Under the pieces are notes generated by a model. It ran no database searches, was not told the origin of the DNA, and saw only the letters and a list, made by a program, of their open reading frames with translations. 64,000 nt of DNA from Squalus acanthias. Its lineage: Eukaryota. The stretch covers positions 28,460,001 through 28,524,000 of the forward strand of contig CM059433.1 of assembly GCA_030390025.1 (NCBI GenBank), written 5' to 3'. This document shows, one piece after another, positions 12,405-25,229 of the stretch (its first letter is position 1; every line of letters starts with the position of its first letter). The position numbers and the translations under genes were made by a program.

Positions 12405-13709
12405 CATAATATTGTGGCAACGAGTCAGAAAGTGCAGTGTTTTATAACAATTGGGGTATTTATGTCAAATGCAGAATAAATCAGGGCCACTGATTTACAG
12501 TTTGAATAAATCAAATTCCATGTTTTTAATATGTTTATTGAGATTTTTACAAGTGCTTTGGAATCAAAATTCACAATTCAGTCCATTATTCACTTTAAAA
12601 GCACAAAACAAAAGCTAGAACTGTGTAATCAGTAGTCTGTCATTTTTCTGGCTTACATATACACACACCCCCTCTTGTTCTTAAATATAGTAGCCCTTCT
12701 GTTAGATGTTAGAATTGTATATAGTATATCAATCCACCCATTTAAATATTTATCATTATGATCTTTGGGAAAGATTCATTTTTCAAATTGTGTTCTGCAA
12801 AATTATCTTACATCAAAGATTGAATAGAGAAGGGAATATCTCTGCACCTCCATGCTTCAGTGAAAATTCTATTAGTACAGAAACAGATGTCGAGGATACC
12901 CTTGAATATAAAACTCTACCCAGTCACGTGGTGTGGTCAACTGGGTCATCATCAGACAATGATGTCTGAATGTGCCTCTCAGCAGTATCTTCTTACAAAG
13001 TGATGGTTCTGTCATTGTTGTGTAGAGCAAGTAGTTCTTTATTGAAAGAGACGGGAGGACATGCTGAAAATGTAAGGAAGATATTCCTTTTTCTGCTTAT
13101 GAAATTGCCTCCAGGATCCAGTTGTTATGTTGTCTGTACTTGTTCAAAAGGCTTAGAAAATAGGAAAGATTATATAATGGTGAGAATATAGAACTCGCTA
13201 CCACAAGGAGTAGTTGAGGCGAATAGCATAGATGCCTTTAAGGGGAAACTAGATAAACATATGAGTGAGAAAGGAATAGAAGGTTATGCTGATAGGGTTC
13301 GATGAAATGGGATGGGAGGAGGCTCGTGTAGACCAGCTGGGCCGGTTGGTCTGTTTCTGTGCTGTAAATTCTATGTAATGTAACAACAACTTGCATTTAT
13401 ATACCGCCTTTAACGTAGTATAAAGTCCCAAGGCGCTTCACAGGAGCGATTATCAAACAACATTTGACACCGAACCACATGAGATATTAGGGCAGATGAC
13501 CAAAAACTTGGTCAAAGAAATAGGTTTTAAGGAGGGTAGAGAGGCAGAAAGACCTAAGACTTGTATTTCTGTAGAATCTAGAAATGTTTTCTGTTAATTC
13601 TCATATAACAGGTTTTTTACTTCCTTAGACTGAAAGTCTAAAAATCATACAAAAATTCTAAAAATGATTCACTGCAGATTAGTTACAGTCCTGAGATTTA
13701 AAACTTGTT

Positions 13710-14356
13710 TAACAACAACAACAACTTGCATTTATATAGCATCTTTAACATAGTAAAGCTTTCCAAGGCGTGTCACGGGCGATTATCAAACAAAATTTGA
13801 CACCGAGCCACATAAGGAGGTACTAGGACAGATGACCAAAAGCATTGTCAAAGAGGCAGGTTGTAAAGAGCGTCTTAAAGGAGGAGGAGAGACGTTTAGG
13901 AAGGTCTGTATTCACTAGAGTTTAGAAGAATGAGAGGGGATCTCATTGAAACGTATAAAATTCTGACAGGTCTAGACAGACTAGATGCAGGGAGGAAGTT
14001 TCCCCTGGCTGGGGGGGGTTCGAGAACGAGGGGTCACAGTCTCAGGATACGGGGTAGGACATTTAGGACTGAGATGAGGAGAAATTTCTTCACTCAGAGG
14101 GTGGTGAACCTGTGGAATTCTCTACCACAGAAGGCTGTGGAGGCCAAGTCACTGAATATATTTAAGAAGGAGATAGATAGATTTCTAGACACAAAAGGCA
14201 TCAAGGGGTATGGGGAGAGAGGGGGAATATGGTATTGAGATGGAGGATCAGCCATGATCATATTGAATGGCGGAGCAGGCTCGAAGCGCCGAATGGCCTA
14301 CTCCTGCTCCTATTTTCCTATGTTTCTAATTCCAGAGCTTAGGGCCTAGGCAGCTA
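13710..14356. mobile_element. L2 3' fragment (-) interrupted by a CR1 3' fragment (+, ~13903-14328)
   Basis: L2 sequence stops at ~13902 and resumes at aattccagagcttagggcc. The insert encodes RGDLIETYKILTG...RRNFFTQRVVNLWNSLP. Confidence 0.88.
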
Positions 14357-15024
14357 CGTTTAGACATCATTGTGTGGTGATGACCCAGTCGAACACACCA
14401 CGTGACTATGTTGAGTTTTATATTCAAAGGTATCTTCGGCATTTGTTTCCATACTAATAGAATTTTCAGTCAAGCATGGCGGTGTAGAGATATTCCCTTC
14501 TCCATTTTACCTTTGATGTAAAATAATTAGATAAATGTTGTAGAACTGATTTATGCTGGGAGCCAAAGTAGGAGAGTTTCTTTGGAAAATCCGTCACTCG
14601 TGGTTGCTAGCAGTTCTGTGCCAGTAATTTTGTGTGATTGTTCACGCCACCAAGTCACAAGGAGAAGTAATTTTAGGTTCTGATCTTGTATCCTACTCCC
14701 CAGTGAGGTATTGGCGCCAAAGTAAATGTTAAGTAGTTGCAAAGTACTTGAATCCACAAACCTGGAGGGTATCAACAACTTCTTTTGGTAAAACTGCTTA
14801 AAAGGACTTTCTTGTACCATTTTTAATGTCTGTGCACTAAGAAATCTGCTTCTAAGAGGAAATCTTGCCAGATGATTCATAAATCTCCCCCCCGCCCCCC
14901 CCCCCCCACCTTTTCCCGTAGGTGGCAACTACTGTTGCAGCACAGGCAATGGTGGTCCTCTGGTAGCTCAACTAAATAGCCATGCTACATTTGAGAATCT
15001 GGGCAGTGCAAGCTGGCAACCATT

Positions 15025-15490
15025 GAGATGATCACAGTGGGGTTCTGGTCCGACCATCGTGAGATGATCACAGTGGGGTTCTGGTCCGACCATCGTGAGA
15101 TGATCACAGTGGGGTTCTGGTCCGACCATCGTGAGATGATCACAGTGGGGTTCTGGTCCGACCATCGTGAGATGATCACAGTGGGGTTCTGGTCCGACCA
15201 TCGTGAGATGATCACAGTGGGGTTCTGGTCCGACCATCGTGAGATGATCACAGTGGGGTTCTGGTCCGACCATCGTGAGATGATCACAGTGGGGTTCTGG
15301 TCCGACCATCGTGAGATGATCACAGTGGGGTTCTGGTCCGACCATCGTGAGATGATCACAGTGGGGTTCTGGTCCGACCATCGTGAGATGATCACAGTGG
15401 GGTTCTGGTCCGACCATCGTGAGATGATCACAGTGGGGTTCTGGTCCCAACCTAATTGAGATGTTAAGAGTGGGGTTCTGGTCCTACCAT
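15025..15490. repeat. 36-bp minisatellite (gagatgatcacagtggggttctggtccgaccatcgt): 11 perfect units plus 2 degenerate units
   Basis: Exact 36-bp period from 15025 to 15420. Further degenerate units occur at 16076-16180. Confidence 0.98.
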
Positions 15491-16075
15491 GCATGCCTTT
15501 GTTACCTCGAGACTTGACTTCTCCAATGCACTCCTAACCGGTCTCCCACATTCTACCCTCTGTAAACTTGAGGTCATCCAAAACTCTGCTGCCCGTGTCC
15601 TAACTCTCACCAAGTTTCGTTCACCCGTCACCTCTGTGCTCGCTGACCTACTTTGGCTTCCAATTAAGCAACACCTCGATTTTAAAATTCTCATCCTTGT
15701 TTTCAAACCCTGCATGGCATTGTCCCTCCCTATCTCTCTAATCTCCTCCAGCCCCACAACCCCAAGATATCTGTACTCTTCCAATTCTGGCCTCTTGAGC
15801 ATCCCCAATTTTAATCGCTGTGCCATTGGTGGCCGTGCCTTCAGCTGCCAAGGCCCTAAGCTCTGGAATTCCCTTCCTAAACCTCTACACATATCTTCCT
15901 CTCTTTCCTCCTTTAAGACGCTCCTTAAAACCTACCTCTTTGACCAAGCTTTTGGTCATCTGCCCGAATATCTCCTTTTGTGGCTCGGTGTCAAATTTTG
16001 TTTTATAACACTCCTGTGAAGCGCCTTGAGACGTTGTACAAGGTTAAAGGCGCTATATAAATACAAGTTGTTGTT
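15491..16075 (+). mobile_element. L2 LINE 3' fragment inserted in the minisatellite
   Basis: HAFVTSRLDFSNALL...IQNSAARVLT...FKTLLKTYLFDQAF, then a gttgttgtt tail. Confidence 0.93.
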
Positions 16076-16654
16076 GATGAGTGGGGTTCTGGTCCAACCA
16101 TCGTGAGATCATCATAGTGGGGTTCTTTTCCTACCGTCATGAGATGATCAGAGTGGGGTTCTGGTCCGACTATCATGAGACCAATTATTCAATTCCAGTT
16201 GAGCACAGGCAGTCGGTCAAATCTTCCTGCCCTGTCTGACTCGGGCTTAGTTTTGATGGTGTTTAGTGTTGAGATGCATTGTTAAGGTACTTGGGTTAGT
16301 TTAATAAAATTGCTTGTGCAGTGTTTAAACAGGCAATGAAATTGCTGAGTACATGTAATATTTTATTAATTTGAATAAGAACATGGTAGGAAGCGCCTGG
16401 TCCAAATGGATAATTTTTGTTTTGATAATCTGCCAACACCCGCGTGTCCTACAAAAGATAAATATTGCATGATAATGTGATCCCAGGAGTATCAGTGTTC
16501 AGACATGGATCCTAAGTACATGGATCGTTCTGTTCTGCAGGAACATCCATAATAAATCATCTGTTTTTTCCACCATATTCCAGACATGGGTGTTTTATTT
16601 TTTAGTACACTACACCTAATAATGAATACATTTCTATTCTGCTTTGTCATCTAG

Positions 16655-16781
16655 TTCGACAAATTATACTCCTACAATATACGCCACAGCTTTGGAAAGG
16701 AAGGCAAGAGGACCGACTATACCCCATTCAGCTGCATGAAGATCATTCTGTCGAACCCGCCAGGTCTGGGGGACTATCACG
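16655..16781 (+). CDS. PRIM2: DNA primase large subunit, internal coding exon ([43 protein letters not shown])
   Basis: 127-bp exon between ctag and gtgagt. The translation closely matches vertebrate PRIM2 ([27 protein letters not shown]...) and includes an Fe-S ligand Cys. Its phase-1 end fits the next exon. Confidence 0.97.
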
Positions 16782-18132
16782 GTGAGTTCACCGGTTAATC
16801 ACAGTCTCCCGTTGCGTGAAAGGACCTTGGGAAGGTACGAATGGAAAATTGATTGTTTGACTGCATTGCCAGCAGGGGTAGAGGGTGCAGCTTGTGCCAG
16901 TCATCATTGTCATGCTTCCGCATCATTACACTTTTGGCTTTGCCTCATTACTGAACGAGATCAACCAAGAGGCATTCATTCAGGCTGCACTTTGCTGAGC
17001 AATGTTTTATTGCCGGCGTCTCATATGTTTGAGATGGACGTCATGCAGATGCTCTCTGGCACATGCAGGTGACTCAGTAAAAGCCATTAGAGAGCCATAT
17101 GGCACATGTTAAACTTACTGAAATGTAGCATAATTTCTTTGACATTGACCAATTTATTGCTTTCCCATAGCATAGCAGTAATTCTAATGCCTGTCAACCT
17201 GACACTAGGTGAGTGGAGGGGGGGGAATAGTATCCGGTGACCTCAAGTATTCCTAAGTGTGTCCCAAATACAGTACAAAGCTTGCTTCTGCATAACACTT
17301 TGGATAAACTTTGACCTCAAGAGAGCAACCTTTGCCCCCAGTCTGCTGCACCAATCAATGCTCTTGGTAGGATGGAAGGATTTTAGAGTAGTTCTGTATT
17401 GTGGACCCATCCACTTGGAACTAGATTGAACTCACCTTGTCTCCTTGTACTGAGCAGCAACGTCCATGCCACAGCTGTCCAGGATATTGTGACCCAAATT
17501 TAGTGGTCATAGAACAGTATTCTGCTGCCACAACTTGCATTTATATAACGCCTTTAACGTAGTAAAACGTCCAAAGGCTCTGCAGAGAAGCATTATCAAA
17601 CAAAATCTGGCACGGAGCCACATAAGGCAATATTAAGGCAGGTGACCAAAGAGGTAGGTTTTAAGGAGCGTCTTGAAGGAGGGTAGAGAGGTTGAAGGGG
17701 GGAGTTCCAGAGCTTAGGGCCTAGGCAGCTGAAGGCAGTGATGATAATTGGGAATGCACAAGTTGTCAGAATTGGAGGAGGTCCTAGACTACATATTTAT
17801 TTTGTAAACCTGATGCTATGAAGAAAATTAGTATGAAACATTGGAGCTGAACATTGTGTTGACCCCAATTTTATTCTTAAGACTGATTTATACGGCAGCT
17901 TTGTGGAAAGTTTGGAAGTTTCTCACATCTGCTGCGTCATGTCTTTTTTTGTTGTTGGGATTAGAGGTTGAGGAACTGCAACAAAAAATCATAGCAAAGT
18001 TGAGCTGACCCATGGAATAAACTGAAATAATACAGCAGCCATCGTTTGCCATTGAAGAGTTCTATGCTGTACCTAGAGTGTACTAGGAGATTGGAATACT
18101 GGAGATATGTTGGTCGAATGTCAGCGAGAGAG

Positions 18133-18541
18133 AGAGAAAGACTTGCATTGATTGAACTCCTTTCCTGACCTCCAAACGTCCCAAACCACTTTACGGCCAA
18201 TGAAGTACTTTTGAAGTATAGTCACTGTTGTAATGTAGGAAACACGACAGCCAAGTTGCGCACAGCTAGATACCACAAACAGTAATGTGATCATGACCAG
18301 TAAATTTGTTTTAGTGTTGTTGATTGAGGGATAAATATTGGCCATGGGAGAACTCTCCAGCTCCTCTTTGAAATAGTGCCATGGAATCTTTTACGTCCAC
18401 CTGAGAGAGCAAGGCGGGGCCTTGGTTTAACATCTCATCCGGAAGATGGCACCTCCGACAGTGCAGCGCTCCCTCAGTACTGCACTGGAGTGTCAGCCTA
18501 GATTTTATGCTCAAGTCTCTGGGGTAGGACTTGAACCCACA

Positions 18542-18574
<33 letters not shown>

Positions 18575-18575
18575 T
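18133..18575 (-). mobile_element. DeuSINE/SacSINE1-like SINE
   Basis: The reverse strand has a tRNA-like head (ggttcaagtcc B box), the shared body and an L2-type tail. Confidence 0.8.
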
Positions 18576-18829
18576 GAAGAGCTAGAATGCTATTTGTCCG
18601 ATAGTAAGGTCCTGAACATTTTGCCTCTACACCTCAAGTAACTGAAGAGTGCCCCCTCTGCCAATCGCTCCACATGTTGTCTTCCCCTCCCCTGCTGCGC
18701 CCCCTTCCCCCAGCAGGGGTATGTGCTTTCACCGTTAAACATTTAAAACTTAATCTATTTTCGTTATTTCTCCATGCAGTTGTTCTTTAACCTGGATTAC
18801 CAGCAGTAGGAAGGTTCAGGTTTCACTGG

Positions 18830-19212
18830 TTCTTCATTGGCTCCCAGTCCTCCAACGCCTCCAATTTAATATTCTTATCATGTTTATATCCCTTCATGGC
18901 TTTGCCCCACCCTATCTCTGTAACCCCCAGAATTCTCTGTTCCTCCAACTCTGGACTCTTGTGCTTCCCTCCTTCCCTTTGTTTCACAATTGGCGGACGT
19001 GCCTTCAGCCACCTAGGCCCCATGCTGTGGAATTCCTTCTTTTAAACCGCTCTGCCTTTCCATGTCCCTCCTTAAAACCCACCTCTTTGACCAAGCTTTT
19101 GGTCACGTCTCCTGATACTGCCTCCTTTGGCTGGGCGTTGATTTTAGTTTGAGTACACTTCCGTGATGTGCCTTGGGCTGTTTTGTCTAAAGCGCTATAT
19201 AAATGCAAGTTG
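18830..19212 (+). mobile_element. L2 LINE 3' fragment
   Basis: Degenerate match to the other L2 copies, including the tail. Confidence 0.8.
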
Positions 19213-19326
19213 TACGGTGATCTTATATTTGTATATTTGAAGTGTAAATACAATTAGCCTTCTGATGATTAACAGTCATGTACTGATAATTTAATGATAT
19301 TCTTTCTACAATGCTGTTATTTTCAG

Positions 19327-19409
19327 GCTGTCCATTCCGCCACAGCGATCCTGAGCTGCTGAAGCAAAAGCTGCAGTCCTATAAAATTCCTCTTGCAGGA
19401 ATAAATCAG
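19327..19409 (+). CDS. PRIM2: DNA primase large subunit, internal coding exon ([28 protein letters not shown])
   Basis: 83-bp exon with tttcag acceptor and gtgagt donor. It completes the split Gly codon and carries the HGCPF Fe-S motif. Confidence 0.97.
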
Positions 19410-19723
19410 GTGAGTGATTCCACTGCACGACCAGCAAGCTGTGGTTTTTGTATATCCCTGCTCCTTATCGCCATTTTCTGATCACTTCTGCAGATGCAGT
19501 GTACACTGCTGTGCAGTATTGAAAGCGAACCTTGCAACCAAACTTAAATGTATATTGTTCTACTTTGTGTCTCGTCACTCCACACACAATTTTCAATTAT
19601 GCTGCCATCATGTGAAAATGTTGAATATACCTTTAGCCCACAGTTCCCCAGACACCAAGGTGTCTTGGGGATATGATTGAGGAAAGGGGTGTAGAGTAGG
19701 ACCCAAGTGCTTCTCCTTTCTGA

Positions 19724-20153
19724 GGGGCAACACGGTGGCATAGTGGTTAGCACTGGTGCCTCACAGCGCCAGGGACCCGGGTTCGAATCTGACCTCGGGT
19801 GACTGTCTGTGTGGAGTTTGCACATTCTCCCCATGTCTGCGTGGGTTTCCTCCGGGTGCTCCGGTTTCCTCCCACAGTCCAAAAATGTGTGGGTTAGGTT
19901 GATTTGGCTATGATAAATTGACCCTTAGTGTTAGGGGGGGATTAAATATGTGGGGTTATGGGGATAGGATGGGATATGTTAGGGGGAATTAAATACGTGG
20001 GGTTACGGGGGTAGGGTGGGATATGTGTACTGTGGGGATTAAAGCAGTACTGGATTTGGATGATCAGCCATGATCGTATTGAATGGTGGAGCAGGCTCGA
20101 CGGGCCGAATGGCCTACTCCTGCTCCTAGATTCTATGTTTCTATGTTTCTATG
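19724..20153 (+). mobile_element. V-SINE (HE1-like) with CR1-derived tail
   Basis: tRNA head (tggcatagtggtt...ggttcgaatc), V-domain tgtgtggagtttgcacattctcccc..gtgggtttcctccgggtgctccggtttcctcccaca, and a ttctatgt-repeat tail. Confidence 0.9.
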
Positions 20154-20299
20154 AGAGGATTCAAAGTTTGAGTCAAGGTGGCCACTCTTTTCATAATGGT
20201 TGGGGTGGGTGGGATTGTTCAGCAAGCTGTTAATTCGGTCACAATTCCTCCCTCTCAAATATAATGTTTGCAGCGTTGTTTTGAAGCACTGTGTCCCTT

Positions 20300-20700
20300 G
20301 AATATAGAAGATTAAGGGGTGAGCTAATTGAGGTGTTTAAGGATAATTAAAGGATTTGATAGGGTAGATAGAGAGTAGATAGAGCGAAACTATTTCCTCT
20401 GGTGGGGGAGTCCAGAACAAGGGAGCATAACCTTAAAATTAGAGCCGGGCCATTCAGGGGTGATGTCAGAAAGTACTTCTTCACACAAAGGGCAGTGGAA
20501 ATCTGGACTTCTCCCCCCCCCCCCCCCCCAAAAAGCTGTTGAGGCTGGGGGGTCAATTGAAAATTTCACCACTGAGATTGATAGATTTTTGTTAGGCAAG
20601 GGTATTGAGGATTAGTTGGAGTTAAGATACAGATCAGCCATGATCTCATTGAATGGCGGAACAGGCTCGAGAGGCTGAATGGACTACTCCTGTTCCTGCT
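20300..20700 (+). mobile_element. CR1 LINE 3' fragment
   Basis: LRGELIEVF...KYFFTQRAVEIW motif and CR1 tail. Confidence 0.85.
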
Positions 20701-21665
20701 ACCATCATTGGAAAGGATCGACTTAAGCAAATCAAAAAAAATAAATCCAGACCTGGAGCTGAAGGGCGCGCGATTTAATACTGCAGTGACTTTCCCCTTG
20801 TGGCAAATTCCGTCACTAATTACCTTGTGAAGAGGCACGGCTGATCTTCAGAGCACAGATACTGTGAATCTTGTAGGAGAAAGCCTGAAAATGCTGGGAC
20901 TGGACAGCTGTTTCTTATACATCCTGCTGCTTTGGTGACCCTGAAAAGCAATCCTTCCAAAATAATTAGCAGCAAACCAACAAATTCCCAAGTATGTGGG
21001 GGAGAATAGAGGGAATAAATGCATTTCATCAGAAATTCCCCATGGAATTTTTTTTCTCTCTAGGAAGCATAAATTGAGTTGTGCTAGCGTTATCTTGGAA
21101 GAAAAGACGAGTTTTTCTTCAGTGTATTTTCATTACAGCTGCCTCAACAGTTGGAGTGTGTTTTCATTGCTGATTACCATCTCTGGCATTTGTCAATGTA
21201 TTCCTTCTCTCTGGTCAATTCATCACACAGTGCCAATTTCAAGAGATCCAGTCTTAATGTAGAGATGCAACCCTGATTACTCCAAGTCGTAGCACTATAG
21301 AAAATATTATCGATGTTTTCAAACAACTTGGACCTTTTTCAAAATCAAACTACAAGTTATGCTGATAGAAGAGAGGAGGCTCGTGTGGAGCATAAGCATC
21401 GGCATAGACCAGTTGGGCAGAATGGCCTGTTTCTGTGCTGTAAAATTCTCTTTTGTGTTTCTGGTGTTGGAACTTGTGACTGTGGTGAGGTATTCTTTTA
21501 ATTCCCCTTCTTCCTCGCACATCTGCACATGGGTGTTATGTATCCCTATCGTTCTCCCTCAAGTTGGATAGGTAAGCTGGTCTTTATCCACGGGGTCTTG
21601 GGAATGTTGTCCTTCGGCAGGAGGGCAGAGACCATGAATTGAACAGAATTCATCTGTTTTTGTTT

Positions 21666-22092
21666 ATAGAAACATAGAATCTAGGAGCAGGAGTAGGCCA
21701 TTTGGCCCGTCGAGCCTGCTCCGCCATTCAATACGATCATGGCTGATCATCCAAATCCAGCACCCTGTCCCTGCTTTAATCCCCACAGTACACATATCCC
21801 ACCCCACCCCCGCAACCCCACGTATTTAATTCCCCCTAACATATCCCATCCCATCCCCACAACCCCACATATTCAATCCCCCCTAACACTAAGGGTCAAT
21901 TTATCATAGCCAAATCAACCTAACCCACACATTTTTGGACTGTGGGAGGAAACCGGAGCACCCGGAGGAAACCCACGCAGACACGGGGAGAATGTGCAAA
22001 CTCCACACAGACAGTCACCCGAGGTCAGATTCGAACCCGGGTCTCTGGCGCTGTGAGGCACCAGTGCTAACCACTATGCCACCGTGTTATCC
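21666..22092 (-). mobile_element. V-SINE (HE1-like), near-identical inverted partner of 19724-20153
   Basis: Reverse-complement match over the full length. Confidence 0.9.
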
Positions 22093-22323
22093 TCTCAATT
22101 CTGCCCTCCTTCGAGTGGATTGCGTTATTGCTCAGGAATGGGGCCAGCTAAGAACTTGCTGCTCACCCAACCCAGCTAAGCAAATTTGAGTAACAGGAAA
22201 CTAAAGAGCCCAAATTTCCTGGTTGGGAGTCGACCTTTCGATTGTTGAGCTACTTGGCTATCGTCGACAGCAACAGGTTGGTAAATATTTTACCGTGACT
22301 TGGCTCAATTGTCCGTGTCCTCT

Positions 22324-22765
22324 TAGCTCAGTTGATATCACGGTCGTATTTGAGTTTGAAGTTTCTGGGTTCAGGCCCCACTCCAGACCTTGACACTCCA
22401 GGTCGACACTTCGGCGCAGTACTGAGGGAGTGCTGCGTTATCAGGAGTGCTGTCTTTTGGTCGAGGCCTTAAACCAAGTCTGCCTGATCAGTTGGACGTT
22501 AAGTAAAAAATCTCATGCCACTACTCAAAGAAGAAACAGGGAGTTCTCCTGGTGCCCTGACCAACATGCCCCACCCCTTAACCAAAAGCACCAATAAACA
22601 GATTGACTGGTCATTCGTTCATTTGCAGTCTGTGGAACTTTGCTGTGTGCAAGTTGGCGGCCACGTTTGCCTACATAACAGTGCCTGCACTTCATAAGTA
22701 ACCGTTAGTAGTAAAGTGCTTTGGGGCCTTCTGAAGTTGTGATGAGGTGTTGTATAAATGCAAAT
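22324..22765 (+). mobile_element. Degenerate DeuSINE/SacSINE1-like SINE
   Basis: tagctcagttg head, shared body and tataaatgcaa tail. Confidence 0.7.
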
Positions 22766-23369
22766 TTTTTTCTTTAATGAGGCTTTATAGCATAAACTAT
22801 GCGGATTGACTTGATAAATTTCAGCTGTGGGCAAAAAAAAAGCTATACGCACTATGTAGGCTGATTTAATTAATCCGATTGCCTTTACCAATTGATACCA
22901 AGGGGGAAATGTGTGTTCTAACCTTGGTTTTGTGTTTGCTCTTCAATTGGAGCATTGAATGCAAAGGAACTTTTAATGAAAGGAGCAGCTACTTGCTAAA
23001 ATGTTTTTTAAAAAATGTGCAGAGTACTTTTATGTATGATGCAAAATTCTTTGCTGGGACTGGTGCTCCCGGGCTTGACCAATTATAATTGGTACGAGCG
23101 TCACCTGCTGGTCAATGGGGAACTGAGACATACAGACCAGGAAGAAATCAAGCTTGCTCCCTGGCCTTTACTGCATTCGCTGACCTCAGCCAGGACAGTG
23201 GTGCAAGTGGTGTCAATATCCTTGGCTACCGAGGGTCATGGTACAAAGACAGAATTAGCCTCAGCTGTGATGCTGCCCATAGTCAAATAGCCTGCTGCCG
23301 CTTACTGTCGCATGTAAATTCGTATCAATTTCCCTTCCCAAGTGACAAGAATGCTGAAAATTGGTCTGA

Positions 23370-25072
23370 GAACATAAGAAATAGGAGCAGGAGTAGGCCA
23401 TGCGGACCTTCGAGCCTGCTCTGCCATTCAATAAGATCATGGCTGATCTTCTACCTCAACTCTACTTTCCTGCCCTATCCCCATATCCCTTGATTCCCTT
23501 AGCTTCCAAAAATCTATCGATCTCAGTCTTGAATATACTCAGTGAGCCTCCACAGCCCTCTGGGGTAGAGAATGCCAAAGATTTACAACCCTTTGAGTGA
23601 AGAAATTTCTCCTCACCTCAGTCTTAAATGGCCGACCCCTTATTCTGAGACTGTGACCCCTGGTTCTAGACTCCCCAGCCAGGGGAAACATCCTCCCTGC
23701 ATCTACCCTGTCAAGCCCTCTAAGAATTTTATATGTTTCAATGAGATAACCTCTCATTCTTCTAGTCTCTAGGGAACATAGGCCTAGTCCACTCAACTTC
23801 TCCTCATAGGATAATCCCCTCATCCCAGGAGCCAGTCTAGTTGCACTCCCTCTAAGGCAAGTATATCCTTCCTTAGGTAAGGAGACCATAACTGTACACA
23901 GTACTCCAGGTATGGTCTCACCAAGGCCCTATATAATTGCATTGCGACTTCCTTACTCTTATACACCAATCCTCTTGTAAGAAAGGCCAACATACCATTT
24001 GCTTTCCTAATTGCTTGCTGCACCTGCATGTTAATTTTGTGATTTGTGTACAAGGGCACCCAGGTCCCTCTGAATACCAACATTTCCCAGTCTCTCACCT
24101 TTTAAAAAAAAAAAAAAATACTCTGGTTTTCTTTTTTTCCTACCAAAGTGGATAACTTCTCATTACTCCACATTATATTCCATCTGCCACTTTCTTGCCC
24201 ACTCACTTAACCTGTCTCTATCTCTTTGCATCCTTCTCGCAGCTTACTTTCCCACCTAGCTTTGTATCATCAGCCAACTTGGATACGTTCTACTCGGTCC
24301 CCTCATTGATATAGGCCTAAACATTTTGTTGTTTTTGCGCCTCCAGTTAGCGCCGCCTTAGGGCGCTAACGGGGCGCAAAGCAACTAGCGCCCGGGCGCA
24401 GCGCCGCCAACGCCTCCCGTGAAATTCAGCGGGAGGTTAGCGGCGGCGGTAACCGTTAGCGCCCCACTGTGCCGCCGGCGATGACTTCATCGCCGTGCAC
24501 AACGCCCTGCTCGCGCCCTGGCCACGATCTTCAGTAGCGCCCCCTGATTTACCGCCGGACGCTATGTCCGACAGGGGTCAAGGGGGCCTACCTGCGGCCG
24601 GGGCGGCGCTAATTAAAGGGAAGGTGCCGGGCGGCCATTTTTGTTGATGGCCGCCTGCCCCCTCTGCCGTCCCCGGCCTCCTCTGAAGCCCCCCCACGGA
24701 ATGCCAGCTGCGCTCTGTGAGCCCGGCACTTCTCTTGAGTGCCGTGTTCTTTTGCTGGCATTCCGATCCCAGGTGGCGCTGCGCTAGGCCCCTCCTCTTT
24801 AAGAAGGGGAGGAAGGCCTGCAGTACCGCGACACATAGCGACGCGATATTCACTCGCAGCGCCCCAAGAGGGAGGGGGAGCGCTTCCAGTAGCGCCCCGC
24901 TTCCCTTTTGGGGTGCTACCGATGAATTTCGGCCGCGGGTGTGCTAATTTTTTGGGGCGTTAAAAGTAGCGCCCCGGCGAAGTTAGCGCCCCAAAGGGGG
25001 CGCGACTCAAATTTCCCCCCCTAGATTGTAAATAGCTGAGGCCCAAGCACTGATCCTTGCAGTACCCCACTG
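23370..25072 (-). mobile_element. CR1 LINE 3' fragment interrupted by the element at 24315-25021
   Basis: LYRALVRPYLEYCVQLWSPY and RRNFFTQRVVNLW motifs. CR1 sequence resumes after the insert (tagattgtaaatagctgaggccc). Confidence 0.92.
24315..25021. mobile_element. GC-rich non-coding element with 3-bp TSD (PIF/Harbinger-type MITE)
   Basis: Clean insertion in CR1 flanked by tag/tag. Right end aaatttccccccc, with many tagcgcc(c) motifs and palindromes. The TIR match between its ends is weak. Confidence 0.7.
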
Positions 25073-25229
25073 CCAACGAAAGGTCATTGATCTGAAACGT
25101 TAACTCTGCATCTCTCTCCACAGATGCTGCCTGACCTGCTGAGTATTTCCAGCTTTTTCTGTTTTTATTTCAGATTTCCAGTATTTTGCTTTTGTATCAG
25201 TAATCACTATGTTAGTCACATCAAATATT

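Noticed and set aside
15025..15447. 36-bp repeats resembling a CRISPR array
   Set aside because: The units are directly adjacent with no spacers, there are no cas genes, and the context is a vertebrate intron.
14968..15494. Repetitive ORFs (MVGPEPHCDHLT)n and equivalents in other frames
   Set aside because: By-product of a 36-bp stop-free unit, with no splice or homology support.
1..16654. Upstream PRIM2 exon (expected ...HHLRHGGRMQYGLFLKGIG...)
   Set aside because: I could not find it by eye. It probably lies before the window, making this intron longer than 16.6 kb.
19724..19800. tRNA-like sequence (also at other SINE heads)
   Set aside because: These are SINE heads continuous with SINE body and tail, and they do not form a complete cloverleaf.
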